A stretch of 64,000 nucleotides of DNA from Ascidiella aspersa (taxonomy: Eukaryota), in NCBI GenBank assembly GCA_963924565.1, contig OZ004613.1, positions 15,252,001 through 15,316,000 on the forward strand, written 5' to 3'. The first letter of the stretch is position 1. Each line of letters begins with the position of its first letter. Of this stretch, positions 22,301 through 34,300 are shown piece by piece. The notes under the pieces are model-generated. The model saw only the letters and a program-made list of their open reading frames with translations. It made no database searches and was not told the origin of the DNA. Both the position numbers and the translations under genes were made by a program.

Positions 22301-25300
22301 TTTCAGTAGACTCGTAAAGCAACTTATAAAGCCCTTCTGGAGTCCTACTGGCCAACGATAAGATAGCGGCACCCATATATAGTACACAAGACGCCTGCGG
22401 AGAGGTTTACCGAAATCGATCAGACTGCCTGATTTCGGTAAGCCTCTCCTAAGGCACCTTGTGTGAGATATTTTAAAGCAGTATTTTTTTTATTTTTTTA
22501 TATTATTTCGTTTTTATTTAAAAAGTTGGAAAAATATTGTTACAGGTCTTTCAGTTGTGTATACTGTTGAGTTTAACCCTGTGTCGCAAAACGGGCCTTC
22601 GGTGGTCGAATGGCAACGTTTTTATGTATATAAGACAAGGTAGGCCACTAAACTGGGAGTTATGCTTCGGCCGTTGGTTGTAAGTGGAGCAATGGTGACG
22701 TCATAAACAAAACTGATTCAACTAAAACAAATGTCCGTACCACAATTGCAAACCTCGCGGGTGTTCACTGTTCATTCTACCTCAATTGCAAAATTTTTAA
22801 TTTATATTGTCTGTTTTTCTTGTCATGTCGATTCACAAATAGTACATGGCGACGCCCCAGACAAACCTCTAGAGATCCCTATAGGTTGGGAGCCACTTAT
22901 CTATAGACTAACTCTGCATTAACAAAACGAACAATTTAACAAAAGGTTTGCAACCGCAATATAAACAATTTCAAAACGTCAAGTGTATTTCTTTTTTTTA
23001 ATTTTCCCAGCTCATACCCACACAAATCGTAATAATTATTACTTTAGGGCCCAGATTTCCAAACACTAAACTCGATTTACAAATCATTTTAAGTGAGCAT
23101 AAAAATTAATGGAAAATGGCCCAAATTGAATCACCAGAAGATCTAATGAATACTGGACTAGAGATTGATTGGGACATTATCCAAAAAATTTATGAAAGTT
23201 AAGAAGAAAATAACTATTCATGATGTAACAACTTAAACGCGTTGTTTCTAAAACACCTTGACCAACTTACTATTATTCACTGTAACATGCAAAGTTTGAC
23301 AAAAAACAAGCATAAACTTGAGGAAATTTTGACTAAAATGACAATACAACCCACTTTTATTTTAATATCAGAAACAAAAAATAAATGTTTTACACAGGGC
23401 TGGGGAGCCGGAGCTGGAGCCCGGAGCTAAGCATTTTCTCTGGAGCCAGAGCCGGAGCCGGAGCCATTGTTATTATTTTTGTGGAGCCGGAGCTGGAGCT
23501 GGAGCTGGAGCCGGAGCCATTTTTATTATTTTTGTGGAGCTGGAGCCGGAGCCGGAGCCATTTTTATTATTTTTGTGGAGCTGGAGCTGGAGCCGGAGCC
23601 GGAGCCTTTTTTATTATTTTTGTGGAGCTGGAGCCATTTTTCAATTTGTGGTGCTAAAGCTAAGAAATTATATTTTGTTTCATCTCCAATGTTAGTTAGC
23701 CTAAAGCAATTTTTAAAACTTGCCATTGAATAAGTGACTGGTGGCACCGGAGCTGGAGCTGGAGTCATTGGGTGTGTGTTTGATGGCTCCGGAGCTTGAG
23801 CCGGAGCCAAAGGATATGAGTTTTACTACTCCGGAGCTGGAGCCGGAGCCAAAGGATTGAGTTTTACGACTCCGAAGCTGGAGCCGGAGCCATTTAATAA
23901 TTGGCTGATGGCTCCGGAGCTGGAGGCGGAGCTAATGCTATTTTACGGTGGCTCCCCATCCCTGGTTTTACAAACACCATTTAATGTTAACATAGATGGG
24001 TATGAGTTTTATCACTCAGATTCTACAACAAATGCAGGAGGTGTCGGTATATATGTAAAAGACAATATATCTATTAACTTAAGAAATGACTTGCACATAA
24101 ATACTGTCAATCAATGTGAAGACCTTTGGCTGGAAGCCAATTATACAGGGAGCCAAAAACCCATGCTAGTTGGGGTAATCCACCGCCACCCTAATAATAA
24201 TTTTAAAGACTTTGAAATAGCTGTAGTAAAATGCCTAGACAACCTTTAACAACTAAATTACACATATCAGGGTTGTTCCTCAAAAATTTACACTCGCCAG
24301 GCGGGCGAGCGGCTATGAATCAGCACTCGCCCGGACGAAATAACACTCGCCAAATTTGCTGGTACGCCGTCTGCAAATTTCCGTCCTAGCGGGGTCATAT
24401 CATGGGTTATCGTTAACCTGTCTCATAGTTTCTATACGAAAACATTAGTAAGTCTGGACGTTTATGTCCATGCGTGGATCAACAAATTAATGACCCATAA
24501 AGCAGTTTACGCTTAAAACAATGTTTTTTGCCGAAATATGTTTAACAATCTTTCGTGAAAAAATTAATACTGACAATTTAGTAGCCACGGCCTGCCTCCA
24601 TTTTTCTAAAAATCCTTGCGCTCTCTTTTTTTCGTATTCTGTTTTTTCTGTGCTTGAAGGACGTTTTAGCGCAGGTTGTTTAACGCCACAAACGAAACGC
24701 CACATTTCGCCTAACACTATAGTTACTAGTTTAACAGCAAATAATGTCCAAATAATTGTAAATTTACAACTAAACCATTCAATCGAAAAACATGCACCAG
24801 AGGGTATGTGCTGCGCGACGCCCTATAGTTGGCTGTTTCAATTTTCCAAGGGCGTACGCAATGGTTTCGATTCGTATATTAACATAATTGCGATATAAAA
24901 TATTTACAGACAGTTATATTTTAGGCTTTGGCTTGGTTGACCGACGTCCAACATGAACTAACTTCAGCAATTGCTTATAATTTTCGTATACAAACAATTC
25001 AATAAATACAGTAAAGTAAAATTCGTATCGCTGGGTACATCGCAAGTGCAATAAACTTTTTGAAAGGCGCCAACGACTGGGTTAAACATTGAAAAATTAA
25101 CAAACGTTGAAGTTAAACAAAAAACCTCATAACTATTTACTACTGCAGCAACGTCTTTTGATTGTTTGCCGGTAAACGATTTTTTAAAACGGGACAAAGA
25201 GTCTTTATTACAAGGTTCGAACGTGACTTCGAGTAACCTTATTATTTGTGTAGTGTTGAATGTATTTTCGCCTTAGTGTTTAAGGAAATAACTGGCGCTA

Positions 25301-28300
25301 AGAGATATTTTGCTTTAGTGGTGTTTAGCACAAATTGCCCTACACTAACGAATTAAATTCCTCTCCGAAGTCAATCAGCACTCAAACGGAGCGAATTGCA
25401 CTCGCATTGGCGAGCGGGCGAGTGCTTAAGCCCAACCCTGCATATATTCACAAGTACTCTCAATGAACATGCTCCTTTAAGATCATTTTCCAGAAGAAAA
25501 AAAAACTTAAACAAAAGCCCTGGATAACTAAAGCAATATTCAAATCTATTAAAACAAAAAATAAATTATTTCGAGAGTGCTACAGATGCAAAAGTGTAAA
25601 TAAAATAAGTAAATACAAAAAGTATAGCAAAAAATGAACTCAAATTAAACAAATAGCAAAACAACAGTACTTTCAAAAACAACTACAAGAAAGTAAATCA
25701 TCAACCCAAACTTGGTCAACCATAAAAAAAATAATTAACAACAAAACACATAAAACTAGCATAAACAACATTACACAAGATGGGAAGCTAATTACAGACC
25801 ACCAGGAAATAGCAGCGCAAATGAACAAACACTTTTCAACTATTGGGAAAACTTTGGCAGACAATATTGAACCAACACAAAAACATTTTAGTGATTTTTT
25901 ACAACATTCCTGCTCAAACTCCCCTTTCCTTGCACCTATAACAAAACTTGATGTAAAAATACAGATAAAACAACTTAATAATAAAAAATCAGAGGGCCCG
26001 CACTACATTCCAGTACGATTTATAAAAATGGCAATTGAAGTTATAACACCATATTTAACTGCTCTATACAATGACTGCGTCATTTTGTTCTACTTTCCTC
26101 AATGTTTGAAAATAAGTCAAATAACACCAATACCTAAGATTACAAACCCTAATAAATGTTATGATTTTCGACCAATATCTATCACTCCAATATTCTGTAA
26201 AATATTTGAAAAAATTCTACTGCAACAAATGTTAAGTTTTCTGAAGAAAAATAAAACAGTTACAAAGTACCAATTTGGGTTTCGCCAAAAACATTCCACA
26301 GATCTTCTCATAGCACACTTTTATGAAAATATTTTACACAGCCTAGACCAGGGGTCGGCAACCTACGGCCCGCGGGCCGGATCCGGCCCGCCGATGTTAT
26401 TCATCCGGCCCGCCGCCTCTTTGGCAAATTAGACACGAGTCTATTTCACAAACTTTTCTATTTCACAAACGACTATTTCAAGTACCTAATTGCGAAAAAT
26501 TTTCGCGCTTCGCGCGAATGCTAATTCTACGTCCAGTTTGTTTACGCTTAGATACTGCCTTTTCAACCAGACCAGCGATTTTTACCGTTGCGCCGTGGAA
26601 CACTGGCAAGTACGTCGCCCCAAACGGAAAACGTATAAAAAAAAATATTGGACATTTTTTATTTTTATTTTCGGCATTGTAATAAAACCTTGCAAGAAAT
26701 ACCGGTGTAACCCCCCCAAAAAAATCGAGCTCGCTTCGCTCGCCAGGTTTGCCTTGACTTAAAAACGTTAACAAACCCTGAGCTAGATTAACTTTAAATG
26801 TTATCGCGTTCCTTCAAATTAGTTTTATTACACTTTTCATTAGTAGTATGGACAACGAACGTATGAACTCGAATTTTAAACCAAACAAACGTTTTTTTTT
26901 TCGCGCTTTGCGTCAACACCTTACGGCCTCTGTAAAAGTAATTAAGCACGTTTTTAAGTACAAAAAATCCGAGCCCCAGCTGATTCAATTCTTAGTTATC
27001 ATTTTGAGCGGCCCGCAAAGACCTTTTTGAATTTGGTCTTGGCCCGCGACTAGAAAAAGGTTGCCGACCCCTGGCCTAGACAGACAAGCATATCACTGCA
27101 CCATATTTATGGACTTATCAAAAGCTTTTGACACAATAAACCATTAAATTCTGGAACACAAATTACAAAACTATGGCCTTAGGGATGGACCATTGGAACT
27201 GCTAATTAGTTTTATTTCTGGACGAAAACAATGCACAATAGTCAATGGAATAATATCAAAACCCAGAACACCAACCTATGGCTTGCCACAGGGCAGTATT
27301 TTATCTCCACTTTTATTTCAACTATATATTAATGACTGACCAGAAACCAATCCTTTACAATGTAGACTATTTGCGGATGACACAATTCTGTTTCAATCTC
27401 ACAAACAGTTAACTGAACTTCAAACAAAAATACAAATTGGAATAAAACATGCAGACATATGGATGAGATGTAATCAATTATCAATAAATTACAGCAAAAC
27501 CAATTACATGATATTTCACTACACACGGCTACCTGATTTACAAGAGTTTTCAATTAAAATAGGAACAAAAATAATTACCAAAATAGGCATTACTAAATAT
27601 CTCGGACTTTATATAGATGAAAAACTAACTTGGAAAAACCACATATCATATATATCATCCAAAATAGCCCGTAACACAGGCATATTAGTGAAAATAAAGA
27701 AATATGTTAATCAACCTACTCTTCTAACATTATATTATGCATTAATTCATCCTTATCGCCAATATTGCGTAATCAGTTGGGGGCGCACCTATACTACAAA
27801 CCTCAACCACATCCAAACACTTCAAAACAAATCAATAAGAATAATTACGAACACCCACATTACAACGCCAATCAAACCTATTTACAATAGACTCGCCATA
27901 CTCCAAATTTACCAGTTAGTAGAATTAGAAATTTTTAAGTTCATGTATAAATTTGAAAAACAAGGCTTAACCTTAGTTTTCAATTCATAACACAAGGCAA
28001 AATAAATCAAAAAACTACTTCCATCCCCAAATTAAAACCGATGCAGGGAAAAGAAGCTTAAAATTTGTTGCAGTTAATCTATGGAAACTCATACCCAACA
28101 CGGCCAAACAACTACCATACAAAAAATTTATTTCCTTTATAAAATATGACTTTCTTAATAATTAAAATTCGTAAAAACACAATGTGAGCACGTGTGTTGT
28201 CGTGGAAACCTGCGCAAGTTAAAAAAATCCTATGCGACAACGCAAATTTTGTTAATGCTGCTTCTCTCTCCTTATTTCGTAATATTGAATTATTGTTGTG

Positions 28301-31300
28301 TTTTATCGAAAATATATTTTTTCTCAAGTTTTCTTTGATGTTTTTTTTGTTTTTTTTCTATAGTTTTGTGTTTCTTGGCAGTACCCGTACCCGTATATAT
28401 TATACAATCTATCATGTTTTAAGGGGTGGCTGACTTGGTGACCTTCGGGTCTTTCGTCACCCTGCACGTTTATTTCTTCGTTTCTTTGTATTTGTTTTCC
28501 AAAATCACTACAAAACGTGCAAATAAAATATCTATCTATCTACACAAATTGTTCATTTTTCTATAAACTCTCATTCAAAGTGTGCTTAAAATAGTTTCGA
28601 AATCGAGTGAAATATTGCCAACCAGGTTTTAACCGAATGTTTATTGTAGATTGCATACCTTTGATCTTCATTTGTCACGTGACCATTGGTTAAGTCATTG
28701 GGTTGTGACGTCACGTGTCCATCGACCAAGTTCTGAACAAGGCGAGAAAGCTCGGGTGGAACTTCAGCCTAACAATATATGTGTATTTACATATGATAGC
28801 CTTGTTGTGTTAAATATAGAGTACTTATATTACCAATCTTTGTATATGGCCGTATTTGTCCTAATTCTAAATAGAGAAATCAGGTGGCACTGTATAAAGA
28901 CAAATTGTATTTGATTCTCGACAAGCTTTCGCACAACCGTGCTTCATCAGGTCAAAGTATAAATGAAAACAATTAAAATGCACGTAAAAGCACAGGCGCA
29001 AGTAAAAGGCGATAAGAATGGTGACGTCTAACATATCCACAGGCACATGCTCGCAAAAGCGTGTTACTGACGCAAAAACAATTATTCTACGATGCCTGCG
29101 CTTCAAGGTACGATGGGTGTAGTACAGCCTGCTATGAGGTGTAGTGTGACATAAAGCCCAAATCCCGATTGAGCCCCACATTAATGGCATCGAACTTTTT
29201 AATTATGTTTTGTTCGACTGTGAGCCTCGCTTGGGTGCCGTTACTTACTTTTTTGATCACCGAAACTCTAAGGTCTTTTACACTGTGTGATCCTTGGTTA
29301 AAATGTTCGCCGACCGGTTTCTCCATATGTCCATGCCTTATGTCACTTTTATGTCCATTCATGCGCTTTCTGATTGTTTGTCCAGTTTCTCCAATGTATA
29401 TGGTTCGGGGAAATTTTACGCATGTGATTGCGTAAACCGCATTGATGGTATCGCAGTTGTAATTGCCGCCGACTTCAACGCTGCTGCCGTTCGGTCCTTC
29501 AATGATGTGACTTCTATTGATATGTGAGCACAGTTCACAACGACTTTTCCCGCAGGGCAGGGTACCAAAGTTTTGCTTTTCGTCTTTAAATTTGCTGGAG
29601 ACGACTATGTTGCGCATGTTGCGCGGTTGCCGATAACTTATAAGTGGCTTTAAAGGAAATATCGAAGCGGTTTTAGGAACATTTTAACCAAAGGATCACA
29701 CAGTGTAAAAGACCTTAGAGTTTCGGTGATCAAAAAAGTAAGTAACGGCACCCAAGCGAGGCTCACAGTCGAACAAAACATAATAAGAAAGTTCGATGCC
29801 ATTAATGTGGGGCTCAATCGGGATTTGGGCTTTATGTCACACTACACCTCATAGCAGGCTGTACTACACCACCCATCGTACCTTGAAGCGCAGGCATCGT
29901 AGCATAATTGTTTTTGCGTCAGTAACACGCTTTTGCGAGCATGTGCCTGTGGATATGTTAGACGTCACCATTCTTATCGCCTTTTACTTGCGCCTGTGCT
30001 TTTACGTGCATTTTAATTGTTTTCATTTATACTTTGACCTGATGAAGCACGGTTGTGCGAAAGCTTGTCGAGAATCAAATACAATTTGTCTTTATACAGT
30101 GCCACCTGATTTCTTTATATTACCAAGGAATTAAATTGTACTACATCAAGCTGTTTAAAAACACCGTTAAACATGTGTACAACTTCTCACTTGTTTCCAA
30201 ACTTCGTTGTCCAGAATAAGCGACAGTTTGTTTCTTCGTTCCTCGTGAAACCGCGCCACGAAGCGGTGGGCTTGTGTCTTAAGGGCGCCACGTAGCGACC
30301 CGTTTAAGTTGAGGTTTCTGTCCTCAAGAGGTCGCCCTACAAAACATCAAGCTCGATTTGTTATTTTACAACATAAGACAAAAGGTCCTCCAATCAATTC
30401 AGATTAATAGACTAATTTTAAAAGTATATAACTAAACGTTGTATTAAATTCCTTTGGGAAACAGAAAACATTATGTTTTTGCGTAAACCACCGGATTTAT
30501 GTTTAATATGCATTCAATAATTGTTAAACTGAATTACGAACACTCCCAGTTATTTTAGCAGTATTACCAACACTCGCAGAGATTTAGCTGTATTACTAGC
30601 ACTCCCAGCGATTTTAGCAGTATTATCAATACTTCAAGTGAGTTTAGGTGTATAGTGAACACTCCCAGTGGTTTTAGCAGTATAAGCAATACCCCCCAGT
30701 GGTTTTAGCAGTATTAAAAACACTCCCAGTGATTTTAGCAGTATTAGCAATACTCCCAATAATTTTAGGAGTATTAGCAATACTCCCAGTGGTTTTAAGG
30801 TGTTTGACGATTGAAAAACAAAAATTATTTTAGGACAATTTGTCAAAATACCTGAATCGCCGCCGCTTTGACGACGAACAACGGATTCCGACTCGGTTGT
30901 AAAACGCTTGACCGATTTTGCGAGTAGTAAGAACTCGCTCGATCCGAGTTTGTCCAATGAACTGTCTTTGCCTTTAGCAATGAGAACTTTTACACATCTG
31001 AAAATTCATGTGAAATTAAGCGCCACTAACAAAGGGTTAACACATAAAACATATTTAGGAGATGGAAATAAGGTATTTATCTCAAATCGCCTAAACTGCA
31101 AAACAATCCTTAAAATGAGGATTGCTGACTATGTGTCTTAAGCACACGGCAGAAACGCTCATCTCTACGTAGCGAAATATTGAAGATATCTAACGATCTA
31201 ACATCTACTGAAAACTTTCTGACTGCGGGTGCGTTAGTTTTAAATGGGGTTATACAAACTGTTTCATTTTTTATTTTTTTGAAAATAAAATGTTTATAGG

Positions 31301-34300
31301 ACTCTAAGTAATTGCAAACTAGAATAAATACGCCAAAGTGCATTGCAGACATAAAACTTTTGGCCATGCATTTAATACTTCAACAAACGACATTTTGAGG
31401 CTGTATAAAAACTAACCAACCTGTCGTGCTGGAAGTCACATGTCCAGCATGAAAGGTCCCGTAGCATGCGAGCAAAGTTGTCAAGGTCCTCCTGGTTCAT
31501 CGCCTCGCCAATAAACGAAGACGTCGCGTCCGATTCCGTCTAAAGCAAAACATTTCACAGCATTAGCGGATTGCTACTTCAGACAATCAGTACCGCTAGA
31601 CAATTGGCATTTATTCCTTTATTTCTTCAACAAATTTTACTTTGGATTTAGAAATATTGGAAGGACTTTTTTAAAATAACATATAATGCAGCGATCAGTC
31701 AATATATCCAAATTGATATACAATTTTAATATCTTAAAGAGATAATAATAAAGCAATTTTATGTGAATTTACTTTTAGACGGGCATCATATATCAATATA
31801 AATTAAATGTTGTTGTAAAGTATTTCTAGGCACAGTAAATAATAATCAAATAAGAAAAAGTAGCTTCCATTAAAAACAAATGACGAGAATGAAGGCCTTT
31901 GTTTAAGGTCAGTGCGTTAATCGCCAACTAGCAATCTGAAAGACAAGTCATATCATTTAACCTTGATGTCCGATGCATCTTCCTGTCCACTCGAGGTCTT
32001 GTCGTCGGACATGTAACCGTTGCAGTCTTCCGTAGTGGGTTGCGGTGGAGCGCTGTAGGAGTCGGCGGCTGAAGAGATGAGCTCGTCCTCGTAACTCGCC
32101 AGGCCGTACATGGCGTCGTTCTCCACATCTTCGGCAAAGGGGTTCGTAGCGTCTATAAGGGCTGGAGTGTCGACCGACTTAACTGAAGATTGCTGCCTAG
32201 GGTTTGGAGTGGCGCTTTCTGGTGTATCCGTTAGAAACGGGTTCAGTAGGTCTTCTTGGCTGACTGCTGACGGTTCATTAAGGAAGGGATTGAGTTTATC
32301 GGATGCGGCCGATTCGTCAGACGCTGTGGCGATTTCTCTTCGCTTTGGTGTTTTTTTCGTCCTGGCCTTTGGTAATTTGTGATGCTTTAGTTTGCGCTGT
32401 ATAATTCCGCCGTACGAAGCCGAATCGTTCGCCACAGCGCCGATATGGTTTAGAATCGATTTGACGCGTCTGCGGTGGGCAAATATTAATTGATTTGGAA
32501 ATATATATATATATATTATTTATTTTTTTTGTATCTTTCAAATTTGCATGAATTTATGATTGGTTCATAATACAAACCAAATATCTTAAAAATTTACAGA
32601 ATTTACCACTGTTACTTAGAACTTTTTCATCGCGAAATTCCTTTAATGTAAAAATTGTTAAAAATCAAACACCTTAGCAAAACTAGTAGCCGGTCGAAAA
32701 TCAAGTTGAGAAGAACAATCCAGTCAGAGAAGATGAGCATTCTCATCTTTGATGCAAGAGTCTCTTGTCTTTCATCTCTAGTATCCACTGGGGCGTCCTC
32801 TGGTTGGTCATTTCTTACTGGAAGTGCCTCCACTGCCTGTAGCACTGACTGTTTGATCAAGGTTTTCACCGCAGCCTCAATTTCAGTTCTGCAACAAATT
32901 TCTCTTAAAATAAGGTCAAGCCTACTTTTATCGCTAATAGTAAAGAGCTTATGGCCATTCAAGTCTCTTATTTTAATTGTGTCTTAAAACTAGTTATATT
33001 TGTGTATTTGCACAATATATTAGTCATCTTAAAACAATATGAAATAGCACTGATCCCCATAATGTTAGCTAATTATTATTTCTGTTTAGTTTTTACATAT
33101 TTAAAGTAATGCATATTTAAAGATGATTATAAGAAGTCCTTTACTAAAAAATAAACTTAGCATTTTGCAATGATATCCAAAAACATGTTGAAAACCTCAT
33201 GCCGTCCAAGAAGTCATATTGTCCCTGTCTTAGAAGCCCCAGGGTAATGGCAGTGATGCGATGCGGCTCCAGGCACACGTGTCCCTCATCTATTGGTCGG
33301 TGGATCTCACGACACATGCATTCCTCCATCTCTTTGTGCATCATGTGACCAATCACACGTTCCATCTCAGTCAGCTGGCTACTTAGATGTCTGTATTGAA
33401 GGGTGCAACAGGAAATTTGGAAAAATATATTTTTCCGAATAAAACAAATGATTACAGAGTATTTATCTATATGTAGATTTATAAATATAATTAATAACTC
33501 AAAAAAAAACACCTAAAGCATTGTAGACCAGCTAGTTCTTGGTGGAGCACCTCTTGGGTGGTTCGGATTAGGTCCAAAGACCCAGCATATTCGTTGGTTG
33601 AAAGAAGTAGCTGAATAGTTGGCTGTGTCTGATGAACAGTGACCATCATTTGGAGTCTCTCCATGAGGCTTGTCAAGTTTTCTTTTGATTGATGAAGATT
33701 AACAACCTTACCACAATAATTTTACATGTAGTTAGTAAAGGAGTACTACAGTAACGATATCATGTTGAATAATCAAAATTGGGAATTGACAAAGTTTACA
33801 TAATTACATGTAATTACATTACCAAAATCACCTGAAGAGAATTGTGTACTATATTTTGATCAACTTGCTTTATTTTAGTCAGAAGATGCTTGACATTCAC
33901 TTGAGTAGCATTTAGATATTCCTGCAATTCAATGAATATCAAAATTATCTAAAAAATATGTCCGGAATCATTGCAGAATTTTGCAAATAACTGATGATAC
34001 CTGTATAATTAAAAAAAATAATGAAAGCATGTTTAGCTTACGTGCAATTTTTCATGTGATGACATTGCCTTAAAAAATGCGTCAGATCTAAGTGAAATTT
34101 GTCGAACAATTGCCATCTCAACCATGTCTAAGTAGTGACTCAATTTTTCTTGCAACAACTTTGATGAAGACACTCCTCTTCTTATAGCTACAGTATCACT
34201 TGAAGCACTGTATAAATGAATCAATTAAAATCTAACAGTAAGGCCATGTTAGAAAAACCAGCCAGCAGTGATGTTCTAACTTATGACCTCCAACACCAAG

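Larger units (their letters stand above)
23031..28541 (+). mobile_element. Decayed L2/CR1-group (Crack/Daphne-like) LINE ORF2, antisense in a VPS54 intron, split by three hAT insertions
   Basis: APE motifs IIHCNMQSL, ILISETK, GGVGIYVK; RT motifs FRPISITP, YQFGFR, DLSKAFDTINH, GLPQGSILSPLLF, LFADDT, KYLGLYIDEKLTWKNHI. Stops and frameshifts present. 3' stem-loop ~28425-28463, AATAAA and (TATC)n tail. TSD acacaaatcgt (23020-23030) / acacaaattgt (28542-28552). Confidence 0.93.
28875..30114 (-). mobile_element. 5'-truncated Penelope-like retroelement (GIY-YIG endonuclease) with an inverted terminal (pLTR) copy
   Basis: ORF 29617-29132: PCGKSRCELCSH Zn finger, AVYAITC..IYIGETG..RKRMNGHKSDI, HF...H, R..E, GLN. 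29677-30114 is a ~98% inverted copy of 28875-29309, a known Penelope insertion architecture. Confidence 0.93.

Noticed and set aside
22182-22376. Additional VPS54 exon
   Set aside because: Exon 28768-28659 (phase 2) joins the exon starting at 21927 in frame and accounts for the conserved sequence.
23385-23810. ORFs with GAGAGA / ELELEP / WSRSWS / APAPAP repeats
   Set aside because: Translations of the GGAGCY hexamer arrays of a MITE with TIRs and TSD.
28867-30134. Duplicated 107/112-aa ORF MPLMWGSIG...
   Set aside because: Alternative-frame reading of the Penelope 3' end/pLTR; it appears twice only because of the inverted repeat.
30535-30800. CRISPR-like array or Leu-rich ORF
   Set aside because: Head-to-tail 30-bp units with no unique spacers, in a eukaryotic intron: a minisatellite.
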